DNA of 64,000 nucleotides, taken from NCBI GenBank assembly GCA_028826165.1, contig JAPDFW010000105.1, forward strand, positions 62,001-126,000. The letters are read 5' to 3'. The notes under the pieces are model-generated. The model searched no databases and was not told the DNA's origin. It was given only the letters and a program-made list of their open reading frames with translations. Shown piece by piece: positions 13,341 to 34,634 of the stretch (its first letter is position 1; each line of letters opens with the position of its first letter). Source of the stretch: Anaeramoeba ignava BMAN (Eukaryota; Protista; Anaeramoebae). The position numbers and the translations under genes are program-made.

Positions 13341-14249
13341 AAATAAATTTTCATTTTGATTCAATTTCCCATTATTTAATAGATTTATGGAATTATTTTT
13401 TTTTTTTTGATTTTAAATTGATTTTATTAAAATTGATTTCTTTTTGTTTTTGCTTTTTTTGTTTTTAAAATAGATTGTTTGTTAAATTTACACAATTAAC
13501 TTGATCAATTTAAAACATTTTTGATCAATCTATTAATAAAAAATTAAATTTAAAATTAACAATTAAAATTAACAATTAAATAATAAAATAAAACAAATGA
13601 ATAAAACAAAAAATTTTTTTTTCTTATTGATCAAAATTAAATAAAAAAAATAAAAATAAAAAATAAATTAAAAATTGTTTTCTTTTGTTTTCTTTTGTTT
13701 TGATCTTTTACTTTAATTAAAAATTGAAAAAATTAAATTAAAAAAGGAAAAAAAAAATAAATAATATTTTTAATTGAAAATTTAATAAGAAAAAAGAAAA
13801 AGAGATCTATTTAAAAATCTCCAAAAAATACCCTTAAAATAAACAAGAAAAAAAAAAAAAGAAAAACAAAGCAAAAAAAAAAACAACAACTCAGAATAAA
13901 AAATAAAAACAAAAATTAAAACAAAAATTAAAAGAAAAATTCAAATTTCCAATTAAAAAAATAATAAGAAAAAAAAAAAGAGAAAAAAAAAAATTTTTTT
14001 TTTTTCTTTTAAATTTAATTTTAAATTTAAATTTTTAAATTAAATAATTTAATTAGAAAATAAAACAAAAAAAAAAAAAAAAAAACAAAAAAAGATAATA
14101 AAATAATAAAAAAAAAAAATTTTAATTAAAAAAAAAAAAATTAAAAAAAAATGATCATTTTTATTTTATTTTTTAATTATTCTTTAATTATTATTCATTT
14201 TCAATTTCTTTTTCAAAAAAAAAAAAAACAATCAACATTAACAGAAATA

Positions 14250-16328
14250 ATGACAACTCCAATTACTCAATGTTCAAATCCTATGTGTAAATGTAAAAAA
14301 ACCCCTTTATGGCGTAAAATTGATAATGCTTATTATTGTAATGCTTGTGCTGTTTATAAAAAAAGACATGGAAAAGATCGGCCAGTTGGCAAAAAAAATA
14401 AAAGAAAATATACAAAACACGTTCCTCAAAATAAAACAAAAACTCAAACAAATAAAATGAAAGAAAAAAGTGATCAACAAAAAAATTCAACAAGAACAAA
14501 AATCCGGCAAAAAAGACCAATTTCAAGTCAAACTTCAAATTCTCATTTAGATCAAAATAAAAATCAAAATTTAAATAAAAATCAAAGTCAAAATCAAAAT
14601 CGAATGAAAAGTCCTAATCCAAATCAAATTCAAAATAAAAGTCAAAATCAAAATAAAAGTCCAAATCAAATTCAAAATAAAAGTCCAAATCAAATTCAAA
14701 ATCAAAATCAAAATCAAAATCAAAATCAAAATCAAAATCAAAATCAAAATCAAAATCAAAATAAAAATCAAAATCAAAATAAAAATCAAAATCAAATTCA
14801 AAATCAAAATCAAATTCAAAATAAAAATAAAAATAAAATTCAAAATAAAAATAAAAATCAAATTCAAAATCAAATTCAAATTGAAAATTTAAACGAAAAA
14901 ATTGATATGACAGATTTCGGAGAAAGAAAAAAAAAAGCAAGATTTAACCGAAGTTCAAGTTTGAATGATATCAATACAACAAGGAAAAAAAAAGCAAAAG
15001 CAAAAGCAAAAGCGAAAACAATAACAAAAACCAACTTACGATTAGAAACTTCTCCCCAAAATGAAGAAAGTAAAAATGAAAATGAACCAAATTTTAGTAG
15101 TTCTTGGGAAAAAAAATCCCTTCTTTTGGAAACGGAAAATTTTCAAGTTCCGAAATCAAAATCAATGAATACAATTTTTAACGGATTCCCTAAAAAATCG
15201 CAATCAGCTCAAAAAGGAATTTCAACTCTTTTGGATGCTGCTAATTTTCTTGATGAATTCGAACAACAAATTGATGATAATCCAACAAATGATAAGATGA
15301 CAATTGATGATGAGAAAAAAATGGGTGATTTCCAATCAAAATTGAATTTGAATCTTCAACCTAATTTTCAAAATTTCGTAAACTTCCAATTTACAGAAAG
15401 TCAAAATTCAGAAAAAACGGAAAATTCACAAAATTCACAAAATTCACAAAATTCACAAAATTCACAAAATTTACAAAATTCACAAAATTTACAAAATTCA
15501 CAAAACTTACAAAACTTACAAAATTTGGAAACTATGAAAAAAATGAAAAATTTACAAAATTTCCAAAATATTCAAAACTTCCAAAATATTCAAAACTTGC
15601 AAAACATTCAAAATATTCAAAATATTCAAAATATTCAAAACATTCAAAATATTCATCCCAATTTCCAGAATATTCATGCTCATTTACAAAATCTTTATTA
15701 TCAAAATCTTCATCAACAAATGATGATTCCAAACGATCCAAAAAATCAATTAAATTTAAATTTAAATTTCCAACAAACACAACTTCCATCAAAACAAGAG
15801 AATCAAGATTCGTTAACAAACATGAAGAAAAACAACATAAATAATATGAATTATAGAATCAATGGACAAATGCAATTTCAGTTTCCAAATCAACAACAAT
15901 TATATTTCCAAACAGCAAATGGTTTCAATTCACAAAATCCATTTGAAAAAAAACTATTTTCAACAAAACAAAACATAATAAGCAAATCAGATCCAAATTT
16001 ATTTCAATCACATCAACCAACAAATTTAAGATACAATTTAATCGATTCTAATTTTTATCCAAATTCTTCAACTGAAAATTATGAAGCTGGTGATTGTGTA
16101 GCAATGAGAACTTATGGTGGTCTTGAAGTCTTTGCTTTGATTAAAGAAATTGTTTTGAATTCTTTTTCTTCTCAATTCTGTAAAGTTCAATGGTTATATC
16201 CAAAAACTCAAAATCAATTCGATTCAATTCAAGATTTTGTTTTTGGTCAAGAAGAACCTCAATTACAACCTTTATGTTCTGTTTTGAGAAAACTTCCTTT
16301 TTCTGTTGATTTGAATCAAGTTAATTGA
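14250..16328 (+). CDS. GATAD1-like protein: N-terminal GATA-type zinc finger, Q/N-rich low-complexity middle, C-terminal BAH-like domain
   Basis: Finger CSNPMCKCKKTPLWRKIDNAYYCNACAVYKKRHGKDRP. The C-terminus YEAGDCVAM...FALIKEI...KVQWLYPKTQNQFDSIQDFVFGQEE resembles the GATAD1 C-terminal domain. ATG 14250 is preferred over 14151, whose extension is poly-T/A leader sequence. Confidence 0.8.
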   Translation: MTTPITQCSNPMCKCKKTPLWRKIDNAYYCNACAVYKKRHGKDRPVGKKNKRKYTKHVPQNKTKTQTNKMKEKSDQQKNSTRTKIRQKRPISSQTSNSHLDQNKNQNLNKNQSQNQNRMKSPNPNQIQNKSQNQNKSPNQIQNKSPNQIQNQNQNQNQNQNQNQNQNQNQNKNQNQNKNQNQIQNQNQIQNKNKNKIQNKNKNQIQNQIQIENLNEKIDMTDFGERKKKARFNRSSSLNDINTTRKKKAKAKAKAKTITKTNLRLETSPQNEESKNENEPNFSSSWEKKSLLLETENFQVPKSKSMNTIFNGFPKKSQSAQKGISTLLDAANFLDEFEQQIDDNPTNDKMTIDDEKKMGDFQSKLNLNLQPNFQNFVNFQFTESQNSEKTENSQNSQNSQNSQNSQNLQNSQNLQNSQNLQNLQNLETMKKMKNLQNFQNIQNFQNIQNLQNIQNIQNIQNIQNIQNIHPNFQNIHAHLQNLYYQNLHQQMMIPNDPKNQLNLNLNFQQTQLPSKQENQDSLTNMKKNNINNMNYRINGQMQFQFPNQQQLYFQTANGFNSQNPFEKKLFSTKQNIISKSDPNLFQSHQPTNLRYNLIDSNFYPNSSTENYEAGDCVAMRTYGGLEVFALIKEIVLNSFSSQFCKVQWLYPKTQNQFDSIQDFVFGQEEPQLQPLCSVLRKLPFSVDLNQVN

Positions 16329-16533
16329 TTATTTTTCAAAAAACAAAAAAAGTAAAAATTTATTTGCTTTTTTTTTTGTTAGTTTCATTTTAATTATTCT
16401 TTTTCTTTCTTTCTTTCTTTCTTTTTCTTTCTTTTCCTTTTGTTTTGACAGAATTGTATTTTTTTTTTTAAAAAAAGAAAATTAAAAATTAAAAAAAAAA
16501 AATGAAAAAATTATTTGATTTTAAATTAATTAA

Positions 16534-24713
<8,180 letters not shown>

Positions 24714-24784
24714 TTTAGAAAAAAATAATTTTAAAAAGAAAAAATGAAATTTCCTTTTTTTCTTCTTATTCTTTTTTCTTTTAT

Positions 24785-25765
24785 TTTTTTTTAATTATAT
24801 TTAACTATAATTTAATTTAAATTCTTTTTAGATATTTGATTTTAAATTAATTTATAAACTTATTTTTAAAAATGAAATAAAAATAATAAATAAAAAATTT
24901 AATAAATAATTTAATAAACAATTTAATAAATAATTTAATAAACAATTTTATAAATAAATTAAAGAAAATTGATTATTAGATTTATAAATAAAGAAAATAA
25001 ATAAATTATTAATTAAAATAAATTACAAATTTTAATATAATTTTGATAAAATATTTTAATTAATTTTATATTATTATTTTTAATTATATTTAATTATAAT
25101 TTAATTTAAATTCTTTTTAGATTTTTAATTTTAAATTAATTTATAAACTTATTTTTAAAAATGAAATAAAAATAATAAATAAAAATTTAATAAATATTTT
25201 AATAAACAATTTAATAGATAATTTAATAAACAATTTAATAAATAAATTAAAGAAAATTGATTATTAGATTTATAAATAAAGAAAATAAATAAATTATTAA
25301 TTAAAACCAATTAGAAATTTTGATATAATTTTAATAAAATATTTTAATTAATTTTATATTATTATTTTTAATTATATTTAATTATAATTTAATTTAAATT
25401 CTTTTTAGATATTTGATTTTAAATTAATTTATAAACTTATTTTTAAAAATGAAATAAAAATAATAAATAAAAATTTAATAAAAATTTAATAAACAATTTT
25501 ATAAACAATTTAATAAACAATTTTATAAATAATTTAAAGAAAATTTATTATTAGATTTATAAATAAAGAAAATAAATAAATTATTAATTAAAATAAATTA
25601 CAAATTTTGATATAATTTTAATAAAATATTTTAATTAATTTTATATTAATATTTTTAATTATATTTAATTATAATTTAATTTAAATTATTTTTAGATATT
25701 TGATTTTAAATTAATTTATAAACTTATTTTTAAAAATGAAATAAAAATAATAAATAAAAAATTGA
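24785..25765. repeat. ~288-bp tandem repeat (about 3.4 copies) upstream of MCM6
   Basis: taattatatttaa...tttagat...ataaacttatttttaaaaatgaaataaaaataat starts at ~24792, 25081, 25369 and 25656. Confidence 0.9.
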
Positions 25766-26255
25766 TCTTAAAGAAAAAAAAAGATAAAAGAAATGAAGAG
25801 ATCTGAATTAGAATTAAATTAGGATTAAATTAGAAATTGCTTTAAAAATTAATTTCAAAATTGATTTAATTGATAAATATTTTTCTTTTTATTTAAACCC
25901 CCTTTCAAACACGTGGAATAAGCTTTTAATTAAAGAAAATAAATAAAATAAAAAATAAAACCTTTTTTTAAAACAATTTCAATTAAAAGGAGATTTGAGT
26001 AAATATCAATTTTTTGGAATAATTTTTTATATCTTTTTTTAATTTAAAAAAATTTTTTTTTTTAATTTTTTAATTTAATTTTTTTTTATTTTTCTCTTGT
26101 TGTTTTGTTTTTCTCATCTTGTTTTAATTTGCTTTTTTTTTAAAAATAAATTTTCCTTTCCAAAATAAATAAAACCCAAAAACACCAAATAAATTAAATA
26201 AATAAATAATAAAATAAGTATTTTTTATAGGTTAATTGCTTTTAAATATTCAAAA

Positions 26256-29200
26256 ATGATTGAAGAGGTAATTTTTTTCCTTTTTTAGTTTAAAAAATAA
26301 AAAGAAAATAAATCTATTTCTTCAATTAATTTATTTAATATTGACAAATTTTAATATTAAACCAAACACAAAATAAGATTTCAAAATTATAATTTATTTA
26401 TTTATTAATTTATTAATTTTTTAATTTCATTTCGATATTTCAATTTGAAAGGGATAAATTTTTAATTAAAATTAAAAAAAATTATCCACTTATTCAATTT
26501 TAATTAAAAATGATCATTTATTGATTAATTTAAATTATTTCTTAAAAAAAACAAACAAATAATTTTTTTGGATTTAGAATTCTTCTTTTATAATAATTTT
26601 AATAATAATTTTAATAATAAAATCAAAAGAAATATAATAATAATTTTAATAATAAATTTAATAATAATTTTAATAATAATTTTAATAATAATTTTAATAA
26701 TAATTTTAATAAGAATTTTAATAATAAATTTAATAATAATTTTAATAATAAATTTAATAATAAATTTAATAATAAATTTAATAATAATTTTAATAATAAT
26801 TTTAATAATAAATTTAATAATAATTTTAATAACAAAATCAAAAAAGAAATTTAATAATAATTTTAATAACAAATTTAATAAATTTTTTAATAATAAATTT
26901 AATAATAATTTTAATAACAAAATCAAAAGAATTTTAAAATAATTTTAATAATAAATTTAATAATAAATTAAATAATAATTTTAATAATAATTTTAATAAT
27001 AAATTTAATAATAAATTTAATAATAAATTTAATAATAATTTTAATAATAATTTTAATAATAATTTTAATAATAAATTTAATAATAATTTTAATAATAAAA
27101 TCAATAATAATTTTTATAATAAATTTAATAATAATTTTAATAACAAAATCAAAAGAATTTTAATAACAATTTTAATAATTTACCAACAAAATCAAAACAA
27201 TTTTAATAATCAATTTTATAATAAATTTAATAATCAATTTTATAATAAATTTAATAATCAATTTTATAATAAATTTAATAATCAATTTTATAATAATTTT
27301 AATAATAAATTTAATAATAATTTTAATAATAATTTTTAATAATAAATTTAATAATAATTTTAATAATCAATTTTTAATAACAAAATCAAAAGAAATATAA
27401 TAATTTTATAATAAATTTTATAATTTAATAATAAATTTTAATAATAATTTTAATAATAAATTTAATAATAAATTTAATAATAATTTTAATAATAATTTTA
27501 ATAACAATTTTTATAATAAATTTAATAATAATTTTAATAACAAAAATCATAATAATTTTAATAATCAATTTAATAATAAATTTAATAATAATTTTAATAA
27601 TAATTTTAATAATAAATTTAATAATAAAATCAAAAGAAATAATAATAATAATTTTAATAATAAATTTAATAATAATTTTAATAATAAATTAAATAATAAT
27701 TTTAATAATAATTTTAATAATCAATTTTAAAATAAATTTAATAATAATTTTAATAATAATTTTAATAATAATTTTAATAATAAATTTAATAATAATTTTA
27801 ATAATAAATTTAATAATAATTTTAATAATAATTTTTTTAATAATTTTAATAATAATTTTAATAATAAATTTAATAATAATTTTAATAATAATTTTAATAA
27901 TAAATTTAATAATAAATTTAATAATAAATTTAATAACAATTTTAATAATAAATTTTAATAACAATTTTAATAATGTTTTTTAATAATAATTTTAATAATA
28001 ATTTTAATAATAATTTTAAATAATAATTTTTAATAATAAATTTTAATAATAATTTTAATAATAATTTTTAATAATAATTTTAATAACAAAATCAAAAAGA
28101 AATTTTATAATAATTTTAATAATAAATTTAATAATAAATTAATTTTAATAATAAAATTTTAATAATAATTTTAATAATAATTTTAATAATAATTTTAATA
28201 ATAATTTTAATAATAAATTTAATAATAATTTTAATAATAATTTTAATAATAAATTTAATAATAAATTTAATAATAATTTTAATAATAAATTTTAATAATA
28301 ATTTTAATAATAATTTTAATAATAATTTTAATAACAATTTTAATAATAAATTTAATAATAATTTTAATAATAAATTTAATAATAAATTAAATAATAAAAT
28401 CAAAAGAAATTTAATAATAAATTTTAATAATAAATTTAATAATCAATTTAATAATAAATTTAATAATAAATTTAATAATAAATTTAATAACAATTTTATA
28501 ATAAATTTAATAATAATTTTAATAATAATTTTAATAATAATTTAAATAATAATTTTAATAATAAATTTAATAATAAATTTAATAATAATTTTTAATAATA
28601 ATTTTAATAATAAATTTAATAATAAATTAAATAATAAATTTAATAATAAATTTAATAATAAATTTAATAACAATTTTAATAACAATTTTAATAATAATTT
28701 TAATAATAATTTTAATAATAATTTTAATAATAATTTTAATAATAATTTTAATAATAATTTTAATAATAATTTTAATAATAATTTTAATAATCAATTTTAA
28801 TAATAATTTTAATAATCAAATTTAATAATAAATTTAATAATAATTTTAATAACAAAATCATAACAAATTTAATAATAATTTTAATAATAAATTTAATAAT
28901 AAATTTAATAATAATTTTAATAATAATTTTAATAATAAATTTAATAATAATTTTAATAATAATTTTAATAATAAATTTAATAACAAAATCAAAGAATTTT
29001 AATATTAAATTTAATAATAATTTTAATAATAAATTTAATAATAATTTTAATAATAATTTTAATAATAATTTTAATAACAAAATCAAAAGAAATTTTATAA
29101 TAAAATCAAAAGAAATTTAATAATAAATTTAATAATAAAATCAAAAGAATTTTAATATTAATTTTAATAATAATTATAATAATAATTTTTATAATAAATT

Positions 29201-29903
29201 TAATAATAATTTTAATAATAAATTTAATAATAAATTTAATAATAATTTTAATAACAAAATCAAAAGAAATTTTATAATAATTTTAATAATCAATTTTATA
29301 ATAATTTTATAATAAAATCAAAAGAATTTTAATATTAATTTAAATATTTTTTAATAGACAACTGATATTGATTTAGATATTGATTTTTCTGATACAAAAC
29401 CAGTAACACGCTCACAAAGAAAAAATATACCACCACCAAAACTAAAACCAGCAGAAAACAAAAAAAAACGAAAAATCCGAAAAGCATTAAAAAAAGCTAA
29501 AGAAAGTATTTTCAAAAGAATTCAAAGATGTGACAAAAAAATTGCAAAAAAAAATCAAGAAAACATGAAAACTGAAAATTTCACTGGAAATTTCAATGAA
29601 CATGAAATGCAGCAAGAATATGGATATGAAAAACCTCGTTCAATTAAAGGAACATTTTTCCAAGGTTTTCATAAATTGAATGAAAATAAAAAATTAGGAC
29701 AATTTGAAAGGTCAGTTAGTACTGCTTTTGAAAATACAGCTGTTTCAATTGGCAGAATTCGTTTTTATCATTTGGCTAGAGATCATGATATTAAACTTCT
29801 TCAACAAGAAATGAGAAAAGGTTTAGCTCTTTTAGATAAAAACTTTAAGTTATTGAAAAATTCTTTATTTTCTGATGATTCACAAAAAAATCACAATAAT
29901 TGA
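26256..29903 (+). CDS. Hypothetical basic protein, 185 aa; putative 12-nt first exon (26256-26267) joined across a 3.1-kb intron to 29358-29903
   Basis: AAAAATG ATT GAA GAG|GTAATT donor and TTAATAG|ACA acceptor at 29357. Exon 2 is open and in frame with ORF 29565-29903. No family recognised, and the first exon is tentative. Confidence 0.55.
26590..29340 (+). repeat. Intronic 12-mer satellite (TTTAATAATAA(A/T))n with interspersed AACAAAATCAAAAGAA
   Basis: Direct reading. Confidence 0.9.
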
Positions 29904-30252
29904 TTTTCCTTTTCAATTTCATATTTCATATTTAAATTTTTTTTTTCTTTTTTTTTTTCTTTTTTTGGCAATTTGGTTTTCATTCCAAAAAAAAAAAGAA
30001 GAAAAAAAAATTTGATTTGATTGATTTAATTGATTGATTTAATTGATTGATTGATTTAATTGATTGATTTTTTTTGAACTTTTTTTTTTTAATTTTATTT
30101 TTCAATTTTGTTTTGATTTTTTTAAAATGAAAAGAGAAACAAAATATACATTCAAAATTTTATGTTAAATTTTTAGTTTAAAATTTATTATTAAAAAAAT
30201 CGGAAAAAAATTAAATTTCATTTTTTAATTTTTTTCATTTTTTTTTTTTAAA

Positions 30253-31393
30253 ATGGAAGAACAAAATGAAGAAAATTTACTTACCAAAGTTGAAAATACA
30301 ACAGAAAATACAACAGAAAAAAATGCAAAAAAACCATTTAATCAAACAAGAAAATTTTATATTTTAGGATTCATTTTAGGATTAATAATATTAGCAATAA
30401 TAACATTTATTTCAATGGCAATTCCATCAACAAAAGTAACGAAATTAGGGATATATAACGATCACATTCAATGGTCAAAATTCGCATTTTGGAATTTGAT
30501 GTTAATAACAGGATTTTCATATGTTGCTTGTATAAACAATCATCGGAAGAACCCATTCAAAGGAAGAGGAAATCGAGGATATTCTGAATTTTTTAAATTG
30601 ATACTTATTGCTCAACCGCTTTTTTGGATCGCTCCAATTTTCGTTATTGCAGGTAAAAATGACCCTGATGATCCTTTTAATCTTCTTCCCCGTTCTTATC
30701 TTTCTTTAGTTGCTTATAATTTTTTTTCCATCGCTTTGTTTTATTTAATTGGTTTACAGTTTACTCATTTGGATACTGGGATTCTTCATGAAATTGGTTT
30801 GATTTCTTTTATATTTATTTGATTTTTGTATTTATTTCTTTTATATTTATTATTTTTTAGGAAATCTTGTTGTTTTTCCAAAGAAAGTAAAATCAATTAA
30901 AAAATCAAAATCAATTAAAAAATTAAAATCAAAATTAAAATAATTTTGTTGTTAAATAATAAAAAGTGGAAATTAATGAATTGGAAACATATCTTAACAG
31001 TATTCATAATTCTAATAGTGATACTTGTATTTATTTCAGTTCAATTTTACTTCTATTTTGCAAAATTTACAATTCCACCAACTAAAATATGGCTTTCAAG
31101 TTGGTTTGGAGGAATCATTTTAATCATTTTAATATCATTTTTACTCAGAAAAACACATGAAACTCATCTTCATCATTGTATATCTAAAAATATCAAAGAA
31201 TCAAATAATTGATTCTTATTCATTCTTTTCATGATATTTTTTTTGTTTAGATTTTATTTTTGGTTATTTGATGATTTTTAATTGTCATTTTCATCCTATA
31301 AGTAGTATTTCAATGGGATATTGTGCTGGAGTTTTTACAGAAGGAATCTCTACTTGGTTTGTTGCACCAATTTGGAAGAAATATAGGGTTTAG
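30253..31393 (+). CDS. Uncharacterised multi-pass membrane protein with HLHHY motif, 307 aa; exons 30253-30796, 30861-30886, 30967-31177, 31251-31393
   Basis: GT-AG introns and 924 nt in frame. Multiple TM segments. C-terminus KTHETHLHHYFIFGYL...ISMGYCAGVFTEGISTW. Confidence 0.75.
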
Positions 31394-31609
31394 ATTTTGA
31401 TATACATTTTAGAAGAAAAAAACTTTTATTGAAAATTTTTTTTTTAATTTTTATCCGATTTTTTAAAATTTGCTTAAATAATACATTTTATTCATAGATT
31501 AACTAAAAATTTATTTTTTTAAATTTATTTTTTAAATTTATTTTTTTTTTTTCATTTTTTTTTTAATAAATAAAATCAAAAGAAAATCAAAAGAAAATCA
31601 AAAACTTAA

Positions 31610-34584
31610 ATGAAGAATTGGATTTTAATTATTGGAATGCTAATTAGTGGAACAGGTGAATTTTAAAAAAGAAGTTGTAGAAAAAGATCTACAACTTAAA
31701 AAAAAAAGGATACAAAAACAAATAAAAAAAATAACAAAAACAGAAAATAAAAAAATAACAAAACATGCAAAAAATCAGAGAGAAAATCTAATATAGATTA
31801 TGATAATATTATTAAATATGTTTAAAAAAATAAACGAAAAAAGAAAAAAAATGGAATCAAAAAAAATCAATAGAAAAATCAATAAGAAAAATAAAAAATA
31901 AAAATTTTAACAAGAATAAAAAAAACATTTAGTCAATACAATCACAAAAAAGGCAGCTTTCGAATCTCGAGCAAAAGGATTATCTGATTCCAAACATAAA
32001 TTTTCGAAGCCATTTTTTTTATCGCTTATTATGTTTATGGGAGAAACTTTATGCATATTTTTCTATTTAAGACAAAAAAGAAAAAATAAAAGAATTGCAA
32101 AATATGAAATTTTAGATTCAAAAGAACCAGAAAAAGAAGAGAAACTCTTGATAAACGAACCAGAAAAAATAAAAAAAGAAAATTTACAAGATAATATTGT
32201 TATGAAAGATACTCGTTCTAAATTTTGGTTGTTTTTCCTTCCTAGTTTGTGTGATGTTGGTGGTACAACTATTGCTGGTGTTGGTTTGATGCTTACAACT
32301 GCTTCTGTTTTTCAAATTTTAAGAGGGTTTGAATTTTTTACAAACAATTTTATCAATAATTTTATTAATAATTTTACAAAGAATTTATAAAGGAATTTAA
32401 TAAAGAATTTTATGAAGAATTTTATAAAGAATTTTATAAATAATTTATAAAGGAATTTAGAAAGGAATTTTACAAAGAATTTATAAAGGAATTTTATGAA
32501 GAATTTATAAACAATTTATAAAGGAATTTTACAATCAATTTATAAAGGAATTTAATAAAGAATTTAATAAAGAATTTTATGAAGAATTTAGAAAACAATT
32601 TAGAAAGGAATTTATAAATAATTTAGAAAAGGATTTTACAAATAATTTAGAAAATAATTTAGAAAACAATTTAGAAAAGGATTTTACAATCAATTTAGAA
32701 AACAATTTAGAAAACAATTTATAAATAATTTATAAAACAATTTAGAAAAGGATTTTACAAATAATTTAGAAATAATTTAGAAAACAATTTATAAAGGAAT
32801 TTAGAAAAGGATTTTATCAATAATTTAGAAATAATTTTATAAAGAATTTAGAAATAAATTTACAAATAATTTATAAATAATTTATAAAACAATTTAGAAA
32901 AGGATTTTATAAAGGAATTTACAAATAATTTAGAAAACAATTTAGAAAAGGATTTTACAAATAATTTTATAAAGGAATTTACAAATAATTTAGAAAACAA
33001 TTTAGAAAAGGATTTTATCAATAATTTATAAAGGAATTTAATAAAGAATTTTATGAAGAATTTTATAAAGAATTTTATAAAGAATTTAGAAATAAATTTA
33101 GAAATAATTTATAAATAATTTAGAAATAATTTTATAATCAATTTAGAAAATAATTTAGAAAATAATTTAGAAAAGAATTTATAAACAATTTATAAAGGAA
33201 TTTTACAAAGAATTTTATAAAGAATTTTATAAAGAATTTTATAAAGAATTTTATGAAGAATTTTACAAAGAATTTCACAAGCAATTTAGAAATAATTTTA
33301 TAAACAATTTAGAAAAGGATTTTATAATCAATTTAGAAAACAATTTAGAAAACAATTTATAAATAATTTTATAAACAATTTAGAAAAGGATTTTATCAAT
33401 AATTTAGAAATAATTTATAAAGAATTTAGAAATAAATTTACAAATAATTTATAAATAATTTAGAAATAAATTTACAAATAATTTATAAATAATTTAGAAA
33501 ACAATTTAGAAAGGAATTTATAAAGAATTTAGAAAAGGATTTTACAAATAATTTAGAAAACAATTTTACAAGCAATTTATAAAGGAATTTTACAAGCAAT
33601 TTAGAAATAATTTAGAAAACAATTTAGAAAACAATTTAGAAAACAATTTAGAAAAGGATTTTACAAATAATTTAGAAATAATTTAGAAATAATTTTATAA
33701 AGAATTTTATCAAGAATTTTATCAATAATTTTAGAAATAATTTAGAAAACAATTTATAAATAATTTTATCAACAATTTACAAATAATTTAGAAAATAATT
33801 TAGAAAAAAATTTTATAATTAATTTTATATTTATATTTATATTTATATTTATATTTATATTTGATAATGAAAAATAGCTCAATTATCATTTTCACAGCAC
33901 TTTTAGCTTTCATATTTTTCAAAAGAAAATTTCACAAATATCACATAGTTGGGATAATCGTTATAATAATAGGATTAATATGTGTGGGGATATCCTCAAT
34001 AAAACAAGAAGAAAAATCAAACTCAACGAATGTAAAAAGAACAGTATATGGAATTATATTTGTTGTACTTTCACAATTAGTATCAGCAATACAATTCACA
34101 ATAGAAGAATTTTTTTTAAAAAGTAAATCAGATGTCACCCCATTAAGAACAGTAGGAAGCGAAGGAGTTTGGGGAATTTTAGAAATGGTACTCTTGGCTT
34201 TACCAATCGTGTACTTCATCCCTGGAAGCGATTCAGGAGATCATTATGAAAATAGCTTAGATAGTGTTGTCATGATGGGTCAAAACGCATTATTATTGTT
34301 TTTCGTCCTTTTTTATTGGATTTCAATCGCTTTTTATAACGCTTTCAGTTTGAGTTTTGCTAAACAACTTTCTAGCGTTCATCGTACTTTAATTGATACA
34401 TTGAGAATAGTCTTTGTTTGGGGTACAGAGTTGTTCATTGGAATCATGGAGTTCCTCTTTTGGTGAAAAACTTACTTTGTGGTCTTTGCTTCAGGCTTTT
34501 GGTTTTCTAATGGTAATTCTCGGTACTATTTTACATAATCATTTGTGGAAAATTCCCTTTTTAGAACCTCATGATTCTAATTAA
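31610..34584 (+). CDS. SLC35F6-like drug/metabolite (nucleotide-sugar) transporter; exons 31610-31655, 31933-32326, 33878-34584; apparent frameshift near 34440
   Basis: Motifs GMLISGTVNTITKK, FSKPFFLSLIMFMGETLC, FLPSLCDVGGT, ASVFQILRGSIIIFT, QFTIEE, PLRTVGSEGVWG, SIAFYN and HRTLIDTLRIVFVW. The last TM, FGEKLTLWSLLQAFGFLMVILGT, lies in a shifted frame ending TAA 34584. Confidence 0.85.
32340..33830 (+). repeat. Intronic 12-mer-family satellite (TTTAGAAAACAA / TTTATAAAGGAA / TTTACAAATAA)
   Basis: Direct reading. Confidence 0.88.
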
Positions 34585-34634
34585 GTTTTGTGATCATTTT
34601 TTTTTGAATTTCAAAAATCGAAAAAACAAAAAAT

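Noticed and set aside
14151-14249. N-terminal hydrophobic extension of the GATA protein (and 51766-51900 of the G-patch ORF)
   Set aside because: It is translated poly-T/poly-A leader sequence; downstream ATGs fit the domain starts better.
25910-25915. E-box CACGTG in the MCM6 divergent promoter
   Set aside because: A single hexamer cannot be supported alone; it is noted only as part of the GTGGAATAA motif.
26568-29086. Ile/Leu/Lys-rich ORFs (also 7473-8411, 13010-13255, 36966-38524, 49272-50463)
   Set aside because: They are stop-free frames of non-coding satellites within introns or intergenic DNA.
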